Origin: a virus
Taxonomy: Duplodnaviria > Caudoviricetes
Virus record (IMG/VR): IMGVR_UViG_3300041964_000148
Reading direction: 5' to 3' (one strand)
Length of the DNA stretch: 64,000 bases
Shown: positions 39,398 to 49,400 of the stretch, piece after piece
How positions within the stretch are numbered: the first letter of the stretch is position 1
Layout: every line of letters begins with the position of its first letter
Program-made: the position numbers and the translations under genes
The notes under the pieces: model-generated
What the model was told of the DNA's origin: nothing
The model's database searches: none
The model's input: only the letters and a program-made list of their open reading frames with translations

Positions 39398-40399
39398 TTG
39401 AAATTAATTAATCACAAGGATTATGACCAAGTGGTCATTTCGTTTTGTGGGAAGGATTCTCTCAGTTCCCTGCTAACGTGCTTGGAACTAGGCTTCCCAC
39501 CTGAGAAGATTGAACTCTGGCATCATTTGGTGGACGGAAACGGACCATCATTCATTGACTGGCCTTGTTCTGGTGGCTATGCGAAATCTGTCGGCAAAGC
39601 GTTTGGCATCCCAACTTATCTCAGTTATAGGGACGGGGGTTTTAAAGCTGAACTCCTAAGGGAAAACCGCAAGAGTGCCGCCACCTACTTTGAGACCCCA
39701 GAAGGTATGATCAAAGTAGGTGGAGATCGCGGTAAAGTCCTTACTCGACGACAATTCCCTCAGGTTGCACAGATAAAGTCGGGCCGTTGGTGCAGCGCTT
39801 TAGAGAAGATTGACGTTGGACGCACAGCACTTAATAATCAAGAGAGGTTCAAGGGTTCTCGTACGCTATTTGTAAGCGGCGAGAGGGCTGCTGAGTCCAA
39901 ACAACGAGCATCGTATCATGAGTTTGAAATTCATGAGTGCGATGCTCGGACAAAATGTGGTCGTTATATCGATCACTGGAGACCAGTCCACAAGTTGTCT
40001 ACAGAAGACGTGTGGCGCATTATTGGTCGCCACAAAGTCAACCCGCATCCGTGCTACAGAGCGGGTTTTGGAAGATGTTCCTGTGCGATCTGTATATTTT
40101 CTGACTGTGATCAACTTGCATCGGCAAGGCTAATAATGCCGGAGCAGTTTGCTGAGATGGTTTCTCTTGAGCGAGAGTTCAATAAAAGCATCCAGTATAA
40201 AGAGAGAACGCGAAAAGGTCATGAGCCAGAGATTATCAATATCTGGCTAGAAGAACGCGCAAATAGGGGAGTCCCTTACTCAGGGATCAACCTGCTCACA
40301 ATAATGGAACTTCGGGACGAGAATTGGGATTATCCCATCTTTCTCAACCACTGGCAGATGCCGCTAGGGGCATCTGCCAGTCAGAACGGACCTAGTTGA
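39398..40399 (+). CDS. PAPS-reductase-family (PP-loop) protein of mobile elements
   Basis: VISFCGKDS, IELWHHLVDG, RWCS..EKID, SGERAAES..RA, WRPVH, HPCY..GFGRCSCAICIF. Confidence 0.85.
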   Translation: MKLINHKDYDQVVISFCGKDSLSSLLTCLELGFPPEKIELWHHLVDGNGPSFIDWPCSGGYAKSVGKAFGIPTYLSYRDGGFKAELLRENRKSAATYFETPEGMIKVGGDRGKVLTRRQFPQVAQIKSGRWCSALEKIDVGRTALNNQERFKGSRTLFVSGERAAESKQRASYHEFEIHECDARTKCGRYIDHWRPVHKLSTEDVWRIIGRHKVNPHPCYRAGFGRCSCAICIFSDCDQLASARLIMPEQFAEMVSLEREFNKSIQYKERTRKGHEPEIINIWLEERANRGVPYSGINLLTIMELRDENWDYPIFLNHWQMPLGASASQNGPS

Positions 40400-40400
40400 C

Positions 40401-40441
40401 AAAAAAGGGGAAAGGTAAATGCATTTACCTTTCCCCTTTTT
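40401..40441. terminator. Long perfect palindromic terminator
   Basis: AAAAAGGGGAAAGGTAAATGCATTTACCTTTCCCCTTTTT. Confidence 0.85.
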
Positions 40442-40672
40442 CTATTTGTAGATGTAACGAGAATAAATATGGAAACCGCAGGAGTCGCGCAGTTAGTCTA
40501 AATTTAGATAGTCGGGTCGTTACTTAGGTTGAAGACGCGCCCGATCATATCAACATAATCGCAGGAATCTTCTGCCTCAATCGGGGCGATTTCCGCTCTT
40601 CCTCAGCCGAGGATGATCCATGATAGGAGAAGAGGGAGAGCAGGATACGGGGGTACGGAAGTGTCCAAGCAC

Positions 40673-41833
40673 TTATGCAACACACAATCCATTACTTCTC
40701 CTTAATAACTTCACTTTACTTGGTGCAAATTGACCAATTCGTTTCCACGAATAGTCGTAAATTGAGACATTTTTGGACTTATCTGTATTCGTAAATCCTC
40801 CAATATATCCAACAAATACCTCCTTAGATTTAGTAGCTTTAACCAAATCACCCACCCTGAAACCAAAGGGTGTAACTGTCCCGCCTTTACGCTTTCTAGT
40901 TCCTGACTTGTCAGGAACCTCGAAGTGCAATTGACGACGGAAGAATCCATATTCTTTCCCACGCTTTACAGCGCCAAAGCGGATAATGATTTTGAACGGC
41001 GAACCAGTAACATCCACCTTGCCTTTCCAGAGATATCCCTGAGTGTTTGAAGTAATGTGGCGACTATATTGAGTAAAGTAACCGCAGGCTAGTGCAACAC
41101 CATCCACTGCATGAGTTTCTGGTTTGGCTTCGCTCTTGTTTTTCTTGTCCTTAACTAGTCCTAATTGCTTCCTGATTTGGGATGTTCCATTACCGTCTTC
41201 CTGCCATCCTTCGCGGATGAATACAGGGGCAACAGTTTCCATTTGGGAAATTGCCCAAAGTTGACCCGACATTACAGGAGAGAAACCTTTTCCCGATTTA
41301 GCGTTTTTCCTCCCACTAGTCCTATCCACATCAGCTTTGACTCGTTCGTAGCCAATAGCTGTTAGAGGGAATATCTTAGACAGTTCTTTGACTACTCTTA
41401 GTTCTAACTGTCTGGAAGCTTTGATTGATGGAGGAACTTTTGATTGTTTGCGGTTGTTAAACCTAGCTTGTCGGTGGTTTCTGAGTGTAAAAACAACCTT
41501 GCGATTAATCCTCCTAGAACGTCTTGAACGCCGAAGCATTCTGCGTTGTTCTATTCGAGATCTTACCCGTCCGAATGGCAGGATAAGGTGAAATCTGGCT
41601 AGAGTAAATTTGGCAGATTGTACGCCTATTCCGGCATAGCTTTTGCCAGGATCTACGCCAACTACAACGCTTTGAGTTTCCTCACCTGATGGGTTCGTAA
41701 GTTGAACATAATAAATGCCAACATCTGACCACTTACCTGTGGCTTTACCTTGTTTTACCCACTTCCTTGCTCTTGAGCTTTTGGTGGGCATTAAGGGCTT
41801 GTTGTCGCAACTTACTACTGGAACACGATTCAT
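40673..41833 (-). CDS. isrB: IsrB RNA-guided nickase, copy 2
   Basis: Close paralog of copy 1 with RuvC D/E/D intact and no HNH. Confidence 0.88.
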   Translation of the reverse strand: MNRVPVVSCDNKPLMPTKSSRARKWVKQGKATGKWSDVGIYYVQLTNPSGEETQSVVVGVDPGKSYAGIGVQSAKFTLARFHLILPFGRVRSRIEQRRMLRRSRRSRRINRKVVFTLRNHRQARFNNRKQSKVPPSIKASRQLELRVVKELSKIFPLTAIGYERVKADVDRTSGRKNAKSGKGFSPVMSGQLWAISQMETVAPVFIREGWQEDGNGTSQIRKQLGLVKDKKNKSEAKPETHAVDGVALACGYFTQYSRHITSNTQGYLWKGKVDVTGSPFKIIIRFGAVKRGKEYGFFRRQLHFEVPDKSGTRKRKGGTVTPFGFRVGDLVKATKSKEVFVGYIGGFTNTDKSKNVSIYDYSWKRIGQFAPSKVKLLRRSNGLCVA

Positions 41834-42061
41834 TTGGAGATAATCCTCTCGTGTAAAAGTTTAAGTCCCTTCCGGCATTGGTGCGATTGTTGCTGAACCC
41901 ATGTCCACTCTCTGAGATTCCAGAGCCTTACAAGCTGTCCGAATTAGGGAAGCGTTCGGAAGTGTTTATCTCGCACCAACTCATTGCCGTATTCACGACT
42001 TGCGTTGTAGGGTTTCCTCCTACAATCCCCGACTTGCCTCGCGTAAGTCGGGGTGCGTGAA
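40673..42061 (-). mobile_element. IsrB element, copy 2
   Basis: Same boundaries as copy 1 (TTCACG ... GTTGCATAA). Confidence 0.8.
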
Positions 42062-42080
42062 GGGCTGGTACTCATGTAGG
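41834..42080 (-). ncRNA. omegaRNA of IsrB copy 2 (scaffold 41834-42061, guide about 42062-42080)
   Basis: Conserved with copy 1; 5' hairpins differ in sequence but keep their pairing; TGATACAAT promoter at 42083-42091. Confidence 0.75.
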
Positions 42081-42288
42081 GTATTGTATCATAAGCAGTC
42101 GCTGGGGTAATTAAATGATTGGAACTGTGGGCAAGATGCGCCTATTTTTATTGGTTGCCTCTGTCCCTACAGCAATTCGCCTTACATCCCGACGCTTGGC
42201 GGCGATTTTGCCAAAGTACTTAGTTGAAACAAGGGGCGAAGACTAATGATAGATCTTCGCCCCTTGTGTTCATCACGGTTCTCCGTGA

Positions 42289-42498
42289 TCAAACATTAAT
42301 GACTTCGGCAAAAACTTGCGATCGCAGCCTCAATGGCAAACTTTCAACAAACGCCTCCAGAGAATCTGTCTTATCAGTTTTCCTCAGGCTAGCGATTAAT
42401 TGCTCGATTCGTTGTCCTCCTTCAATTTTGAGCTGCCCCTCCTGGACATATACAGCCCCAATCTGTTCGTCGAGCTTATGAATTATCGCTTTTCGCAT
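42289..42498 (-). CDS. Small protein coupled to the kinase gene
   Basis: TAATG overlap with the kinase stop codon. Confidence 0.6.
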   Translation of the reverse strand: MRKAIIHKLDEQIGAVYVQEGQLKIEGGQRIEQLIASLRKTDKTDSLEAFVESLPLRLRSQVFAEVINV

Positions 42499-43385
42499 TA
42501 CATCAATGTATTTATGGCTTTTCCAATATCAGGCGAAGATGCGATCGCTTTCAAGGTGTCAAGCCGTGATTCAACGACTTGGCTATACATCTTCACAAGA
42601 TCTGGGTCTTTTACAATTTTGGGAATAGCAGCGAGGATATCCTTCTCTGAAGCCACTACAGCTTGAATATCTTCTTTCTTTATCTTGGCACTGATTCCCC
42701 GAAAGGCGTCGGCAAGTTCGCCATCAAAGTCACTCATGTTGGAGAACGTAGCCTCGTGATCGGCAAGCTTTAGTCCCTGCTTGGTGATGTGGAAATTGCC
42801 CTCGTTGCGATCGCCATTGGCAATTACGTAGTCAAATAGCCCTAGCTTCGTTATCTCTTTCTCGTTAATTAGCTCTGTGAGGGGCGTGTCTACCTCAAAT
42901 AGATTTTCCCCTTCAACGAACGGACTTGCTGAATAGTCGCGCCTCTTGATTTCTACATACTTTGAGGGGATAACGTATTTTTCTATCCCCATCACTTTCG
43001 AGATTTCCGTAGCTAATTCCTCTTTAGCTGCCGCATCTTTAAACAAAGAGCTATCTCGCCGCTTTAAGAAGTATTTTTGATTGTCTATTTCTGTTGTAAA
43101 GTACCTACTTGACCCTGCTGCTGTTGTAATGGGGGTCAGTACTGCTTCTTCAAATTGATTAACGGTTGGAAATCCACCTGTTTTTAGGGTGCGAACTCTA
43201 GCACTTGGCGGACTTCCTGTTATACGTGCTACCCGCTTACTACTCTCGGAGGCAAATTGACCAGACTGATCCCGTAGTACAGACTTCTGCGCGGTTTTAT
43301 ACCAAAGCGCAGGGTAGCGAACTAATGCAGCCTGTAGTAGAGCAAGTTGACACTGAGCCTGCATTAGGTCATAGGGATTAATCAT
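42498..43385 (-). CDS. HipA/PI3K-PI4K-like kinase with N-terminal RDxxGQF motif
   Basis: YFLK, KEELATEIS..MG, LFDYVIANGDRNEGN, LADHEATF. Confidence 0.8.
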   Translation of the reverse strand: MINPYDLMQAQCQLALLQAALVRYPALWYKTAQKSVLRDQSGQFASESSKRVARITGSPPSARVRTLKTGGFPTVNQFEEAVLTPITTAAGSSRYFTTEIDNQKYFLKRRDSSLFKDAAAKEELATEISKVMGIEKYVIPSKYVEIKRRDYSASPFVEGENLFEVDTPLTELINEKEITKLGLFDYVIANGDRNEGNFHITKQGLKLADHEATFSNMSDFDGELADAFRGISAKIKKEDIQAVVASEKDILAAIPKIVKDPDLVKMYSQVVESRLDTLKAIASSPDIGKAINTLM

Positions 43386-43416
43386 GGCATTGCAGATGAG
43401 CTGTATGATTGAACGA

Positions 43417-44058
43417 TCAACTAAGTTCTCGCAAGATTTCTCTCCACATCATTTTATCCTGGGGTTCAAACAAGGTTTCTCCAAAGTCATCGAGCAGGGT
43501 ATTCAAGGGTTGATCGTCTCCGGTGGCATTTGCGATGGCTTTTTGACTAAATGCGATCGCCGCCATTATCGGAATTGGGCTTTCTTTCAACTGTGTACTT
43601 TGAGCCAAAGCGCGAACTTGGAGGTCGTAGTCGCCTGACTTTAGCGCCTCGTACAGTTTATCAGTGGTTTCTTGAAACACCGCTCTCCCCTCACTAAGTC
43701 GATTCTTGACTTGCTCCTTTGCGGAGGATTGCCCAGGCGATCGCAAGATTCGAGCTGCCTGCTCCTGGGCGTCACTATCTAACCCTCGGTTCTTATTAAT
43801 AATGTCGCGGCGGGCGGTTGCTCCTTTAAGTTTCTCTGCGGTTGTAGAAGTAAATTGCCCCAATTTGTCCCGCTGATATACCCGCTCTAGTTGAAGAAGT
43901 GTAGTGAGTAACTGGGATTTGAGGTGTGCGATTACTATTTGCATATCTGTTACAATGTCCAACAGTGTATCCAACAATTTAGTCTTAGAAATGAACGCAA
44001 GTAATAAAGTCAATGTTTCCCTCATTAAGGAGGGATACAATGACTTCTGGTTTGTCAA
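43417..44058 (-). CDS. Hypothetical protein with RDxxGQF motif
   Basis: YQRDKLGQFTS; true start probably downstream of the annotated one. Confidence 0.65.
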   Translation of the reverse strand: MTNQKSLYPSLMRETLTLLLAFISKTKLLDTLLDIVTDMQIVIAHLKSQLLTTLLQLERVYQRDKLGQFTSTTAEKLKGATARRDIINKNRGLDSDAQEQAARILRSPGQSSAKEQVKNRLSEGRAVFQETTDKLYEALKSGDYDLQVRALAQSTQLKESPIPIMAAIAFSQKAIANATGDDQPLNTLLDDFGETLFEPQDKMMWREILRELS

Positions 44059-44307
44059 TAACTGCTCCTTTTGCTCGAAAAGTGTTCATCTAAACGGTTC
44101 TTGCGAAATCCAAGCAGGATTAGAATCGGGCTATATTTCCCAGGATATTGCTAATCGATTGGGATTGGATGAATCAAGCGATCGCATACCTTCATGTCCT
44201 GAAAAAAGAGTCGTGTTTCAAGGAGAGCATGAACGAGAGCCTGGATTGACGGCAGAGAAAATAATGCAGAGGGCAGAGGAATATAAACGTCGTGAAGGTG
44301 AAATCAT

Positions 44308-44664
44308 ATGAAATTTTTTGTCTCGATTAAGCCAGAGCTACTGGACGGGAATTTTTCTGTGTTTCGCTCTATCTTCCCTGACAATAAAATCCCCGTTACA
44401 GCGCCTGTCCCAACTTTCGATATCCCGCCCATAGTCGCCATCGCAAATAGACTTTGCCCAGAAGATCATTTGGGATTTAAGCTAGACGCCTCTCGCCTGA
44501 CCCTAGAGCAATATTTGGCTATGTACAAAATATTTTTCAAAGACAGGGGTGAAGTAGAACTAGGCTCAGAGTTCGTTGATCAGTGCAACCCTTTGCGAAT
44601 TATACGTGTTAATTATCGACACGTAATTGCTGTTTTTACTGAAGAGGAGAGCGATCGCATATGA
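44308..44664 (+). CDS. Hypothetical protein
   Basis: ATGA-coupled operon. Confidence 0.65.
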   Translation: MKFFVSIKPELLDGNFSVFRSIFPDNKIPVTAPVPTFDIPPIVAIANRLCPEDHLGFKLDASRLTLEQYLAMYKIFFKDRGEVELGSEFVDQCNPLRIIRVNYRHVIAVFTEEESDRI

Positions 44665-45056
44665 CAGATATACCAGACCAACAACCCTTTATTGCCTCAT
44701 TAAAAGTTGATAATGAAATCGCTTTTGGGAGGTATTATTATCGCGGAACCAAAGCAGAGCCATCTTTTAAGTTTTCCAAAGTGTCCAAGGTTACGCCATC
44801 AGGTCAAATCAAGACAACCTGCGGCAACGTATTTAACCGCGATGGAACCATGAGAGGTTCTTCATCCAACGGCGAAATACTGGTAAATCCTGAACTCGCT
44901 AGGGATTTAATACTTAAGCACAAAGAAGAGCAGAAAGCCCAGACAGAATTAGTGAGAAAAGATCTTCACGAATGGGTCGATAAAGTTGATCGCCTCTCTC
45001 TTTTGGAGTATTACATTCGTTCTATCCAATCGGATCTGCGGAAAGATCGAGACTAA
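44661..45056 (+). CDS. Hypothetical phage protein
   Basis: KV.KVTPSGQI motif; translationally coupled. Confidence 0.7.
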   Translation: MTDIPDQQPFIASLKVDNEIAFGRYYYRGTKAEPSFKFSKVSKVTPSGQIKTTCGNVFNRDGTMRGSSSNGEILVNPELARDLILKHKEEQKAQTELVRKDLHEWVDKVDRLSLLEYYIRSIQSDLRKDRD

Positions 45057-45087
45057 TTAAAACAACCGATACACAAGAGGAAGCAAC

Positions 45088-45276
45088 GTGGAGAAAACTC
45101 TTAAAGTCAGATTTTGGATTGAATTTGGATCTGAATATGTTGAACAAATCCTTGATATTAAGGTGCCAGAAAACTACACCGAAGAAGACGTTAAGGCAGC
45201 ATACAAAGAGTGGTTTTGGGAGATTTTATCGGGGGCATGGGACGTAGTTAAAGAAGAAAGCCAAAAGCTAGGTTAA
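45088..45276 (+). CDS. Small hypothetical phage protein
   Basis: GAGG RBS; acidic, EW...I..AW ending. Confidence 0.6.
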   Translation: MEKTLKVRFWIEFGSEYVEQILDIKVPENYTEEDVKAAYKEWFWEILSGAWDVVKEESQKLG

Positions 45277-45332
45277 GTCTGATCTGCCCACATTAGGCGA
45301 TCGCACACGTAATTTACAACAAAAGCAAAACC

Positions 45333-46361
45333 ATGAGCATGAAAAGCGCCCATTCCTGTGAGGAGATTAGGGCAGCACTAGAGGCGGAAGGATATAAGGT
45401 GACTCAGTATCCCTTTAGGGACTTTGCTTCTATCCCCGCTATTTGTTCTAATTCTCATTCTTGTTTAGTGAACTGGTATAGTTTCAAAAAAGGTTGTAGA
45501 TGTCAAGAATGCCGCAGAGAAAGGGTGCGACGACAGGAAGGAGTGCTACCAGGTAAGAAGATGATTCCGTTTGAGGTAGTAAAAGAAGAAATTGAGAGGA
45601 CAGATTACAGGCTAATTACTACGCTGTCCCAGTATAGAGGTGTAGGCAATTACATTGAAATAAAATGTCCGCAAAATCACTTCTATAAGACCAAGTTTGG
45701 AGAATTCCGAAAAGGCAAGCGTTGCAGAAAATGCCGAGTTCTAAATACTCGCGGAGAGAATCACCCTATGTGGAACAAGGATCTTTCTGATGAAGAACGC
45801 TTTCTTCGACGAGATAGTAGGCAGCATGAAGAGTGGCGAAACAAGGTCTTAGAACGAGATAGATGGGTTTGTATTTGCTGTCAAGGACGTACCTCAAAAG
45901 ATAATCCTCTTTGCGCTCATCACCTAGAAAACTACAAAGGCTTCCCGGAGTTGAGGTTTGAGGTTGAAAACGGAGTCACCTTATGCAAAGAATGCCATAA
46001 ACGCTTTCATGGAGTTTATGGTTTAAGAGGAACGAGGTTAACGCAGTTCATAGAATTCAGCCAAACAGAGGGTTTCGACTTTGACCCAGAAAATGCCCTA
46101 ACTTTCAAGGAATACGTTCCTACTTCCCAGCCAGCTCAAACGAAAAGAAGCAAGGTTCTTGAGATTGTCAAAAACAGTGATCGCCCACTTACGGTGAGGC
46201 AGGTAAATGCTGCACTGGGTTTAGATGACAAGGAGATGCTGTACACCAGGCAGATACTTACCGAAGCTTGCCAGTCTGGTTTATTAAATAGATGCCGCCT
46301 CCCTCTAGAAACGTGCAAAGATCGAAAATTTCACTTTTTTCTGAGGGATGTCACCTTATAA
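45333..46361 (+). CDS. HNH endonuclease with Zn-ribbon repeats (possible homing endonuclease)
   Basis: CRCQEC, CPQNH, CRKC; WRNKVLERD..C..C...AHHL...NGVTLCKECHKRFH. Confidence 0.88.
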   Translation: MSMKSAHSCEEIRAALEAEGYKVTQYPFRDFASIPAICSNSHSCLVNWYSFKKGCRCQECRRERVRRQEGVLPGKKMIPFEVVKEEIERTDYRLITTLSQYRGVGNYIEIKCPQNHFYKTKFGEFRKGKRCRKCRVLNTRGENHPMWNKDLSDEERFLRRDSRQHEEWRNKVLERDRWVCICCQGRTSKDNPLCAHHLENYKGFPELRFEVENGVTLCKECHKRFHGVYGLRGTRLTQFIEFSQTEGFDFDPENALTFKEYVPTSQPAQTKRSKVLEIVKNSDRPLTVRQVNAALGLDDKEMLYTRQILTEACQSGLLNRCRLPLETCKDRKFHFFLRDVTL

Positions 46362-46430
46362 TCAACTAAGGAAAAAATTTACTAAAGGTCCAAAGCCGCT
46401 CACATATTCTGTGAGCGGCTTTTTTGCGTT

Positions 46431-49400
46431 ATGGATGAACATTATGGACTCTATGCACAATTTTCTCTTCAGATCGACCCCCAAACCAAGACAAATATGG
46501 GGTGGGTCAAGTCGCAACTCGGCGGGATCGAGACTGCCGTAGAGTCGTTATCCAGTAGTCTAGAACGCAATAACATCGCATCCCAGTTTAAAGCGGATGC
46601 CACCCAGACGCAAAGCGCCGCCCGACGCATGACAGGCGCTGTTGATCAGATGGGTGACAAAATGAAGGCGGCAGCGAAACGGATTGACCCCTTGAAGAAG
46701 GAGTTCCGAGCATTACGAGCCGAGGTCAAATTAATAGATTTTGGGGACATTACCAATGATCGCCAATTTAAGAAGGCGAATAATGAAGCCCGGAAATATA
46801 TCACGACCCTCCAGCATTTAGAAACTCAGATTCGGGGGGATACGACGGCTGAACGCGAATTTACCGCCCAACTCAAGCAACAGCAACGGGTGATGGCGAC
46901 ACGCATGGAAATGCAGGAGCATCAACGAGTTGCCGCAAAAGCTGCTGCGCGTGTGGGAGAGTTTCAAGTTGTCCAACAGGCAGGGCAACTTCTGGTAAAC
47001 GACAAACTAGTCGGACAGGCAAAGGATGCGATCAATGTCTTTGCCACCTTTGACGACAAGATGGCTGGGGTCGCCGCTATTACGACAGCGACGGGAGATA
47101 GCCTAGATGCCCTGCGGGAAAAGGCTAAATACTTAGGTGCGACAACCCGTTTCACGGCATCAGAAGCCGCCGATGCGATGTCTTTCTTGGGGATGGCAGG
47201 CTTTAAAACAGAAGCTATCCTTTCTGGGACTCAATCCACCCTCGACTTAGCTTCCGCAGGACAACTAGGATTAGCGGAATCAGCCGATATCGCCTCTAAT
47301 GTCCTAAGTGGTATGCAACTCAAGGTTGAAGACTTGGGTCACGTCACAGACGTAATGGCAAGGACAGCAACTAGCGCCAATACCAACATTCAACAAATGG
47401 GCGTGGCGATGTCTTATGCCGCTCCCAACGCGGCTCTATTTGGGGCGACGCTCGAAGAGACATCGGCTTTGATCGGTGTGATGAGTAACGCTGGTGTACA
47501 AGCAGATAAGGCAGGTACAGCTACCCGTGGTGCCTTCTTGAAGTTAGCTTCTCCCGTAAAGGAAGGGAAAATTGCTCTAGCAGAAATGGGCATGACCCTG
47601 GTTGATTCCTCTGGGAACATGAGGAACGTTATTGAGATATTCAACGAACTCAACGACAAACTCAAAATTAGCCCTGACACCTTAAAGTCTATCCAAGACG
47701 CGGGCGAAGATATTGACTCATTGGGAGAAGTGTCTCAGTCCAAACAAATCCAAGCCTTAAAAGGCATCTTTGGAACAACTGGGATATCCGGTGCATCGGC
47801 GGCACTAGGTCAAATCAAAGAATTAAATCGACTGGCGATCGCAACTCGTGCCAGTTCCACCAACACTGAGCAACTTACTCAATACTTTACAGAACTTCGT
47901 GATATAAAAATGAAGCCGGGGCAGGATATTTTTGCTGCAATTATCGAGCAAACCCCCAACTATACAGAGGCTGTTCGCCAGATTGACGAGGCAAACCTCG
48001 CACTGATGCAGGTAAACCTCAAAACACTTAATAGCTTGGATAGTAGTCGTCTAACAGACTACTTCCAACAAGTTAAAGGGATTAGTACTGCGCCTGGGCA
48101 AAGTCTACTTGCTGCGGTTGTAGAAAATGCTCCTGATACTCAAAGCGCCCTCAACCAAGTCTCAATTGCAATGGAGCAATTGGGGATTCAGGTTAAAGGG
48201 CAAGTTGGATCAGCCCGGTTGATGGCTCAGGTAATGGAAAATAGTCTTCCAGGAAGCTTCCGCGCACTTGAGTCAGCACTAGAGGCAGTAAAGGTTAACT
48301 TTATTGAACCCTTGGTTCCATTAATCAGAGGGATAACAGACACAGCCACTAGGTTTGCTCTATTCCTCGCCAACCTTCCTGCCCCCATCCGTACAACCAT
48401 CAGTGTTGGGGCGGCGCTAACAGTGGGCATGGGAGCGTTGGCGATCGCAATTGGGGCAGCGGGCGTCACACTTTTTGGTTTTCAACAAGCTATGGCAGTA
48501 ACGAACCTGGCGTCTTCCTCACTCGCGGCAGGTTTGATACCCCTTACTGGTTTCTTTGATACAGCACAAAAAGCTATTATTGCAACAAATCCATTAGAAA
48601 CTTTCTTCAAGCGTAACACTCAACTTGCCTGGAGATTTTGAGAAAGCGGCAGCCGGCACATTTGACGAAACCATAGCAGGGATGAAGCTATTAGGACGGC
48701 AGGCAATCCAAACCGGAAAGCCTTCCTCGTCATGTCGAGATCCCTAATGCTCTCCCCGATTGGTTGGGTATTGGTGGATTCTTGCTCCTGAATACAGTGC
48801 TAGAGCAGGTTGTCCCAGGTTTCAACTTGCTGGGAACTGTCCTCGGTGCGATCGCTGCTCCTTTCGGTTTTATATACGGCTTACTTAAGGGCATCATCCA
48901 CTCTTTCCTTGATCTTCTAGGCTTAACTGGATCTGGGGCGATGGGTACGATAGCCCCTGTATTTGGCACCATTACTAATGCAATTGAACTTGCAGCTAAG
49001 TCATTTTCCCTGTTTGCCGAATCAGGGGAGCGGATTGGAGAGCGACTGGGAAAGGCAATTACACTCCCATTTGAATTAGCTGGGCAAGCTATTGGCTCCT
49101 CTTGGGATCGAACAATTAGCTTTATCCGAGGAATTCTACGTCCCTTTGCTGACTTTGTTCAGGGCATTGGGCAAATGTTAGTTGGGTTCCTCGCCGAAGC
49201 CTCACCAGGTCCCACTTTCTGGATACGAAAGAAGTGGGCGATGACAGTACACTTCTTGCAAGGACTATTTGAGCGCCTCAAGGTAGGTGCGATCGCCGTG
49301 GGACAGCAGTTATTAAATGCTTTTACTACTGTTCTCCCTCAACTCTCCAGTGCAATTTCCATTGCGACGGTATTTGCAGAACTATCAGGGATTATTAACC

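Noticed and set aside
39398-40399. Calling this gene dndC
   Set aside because: Same superfamily, but it is shorter and has the WHHLVDG/RWCS motifs of the mobile-element PAPS-reductase family rather than DndC-specific motifs.
28953-41833. IscB, TnpB or Cas9 call for the RRXRR proteins
   Set aside because: PLMP domain and split RuvC are present, but there is no HNH or Zn finger and no CRISPR array; this fits IsrB.
46431-48641. 736-aa tape measure as a complete gene, or a programmed frameshift at its end
   Set aside because: At least three frame changes within about 170 bp are needed to join the parts, no clear slippery site is present, and TMP-like sequence continues for more than 15 kb. Sequencing error is more likely.
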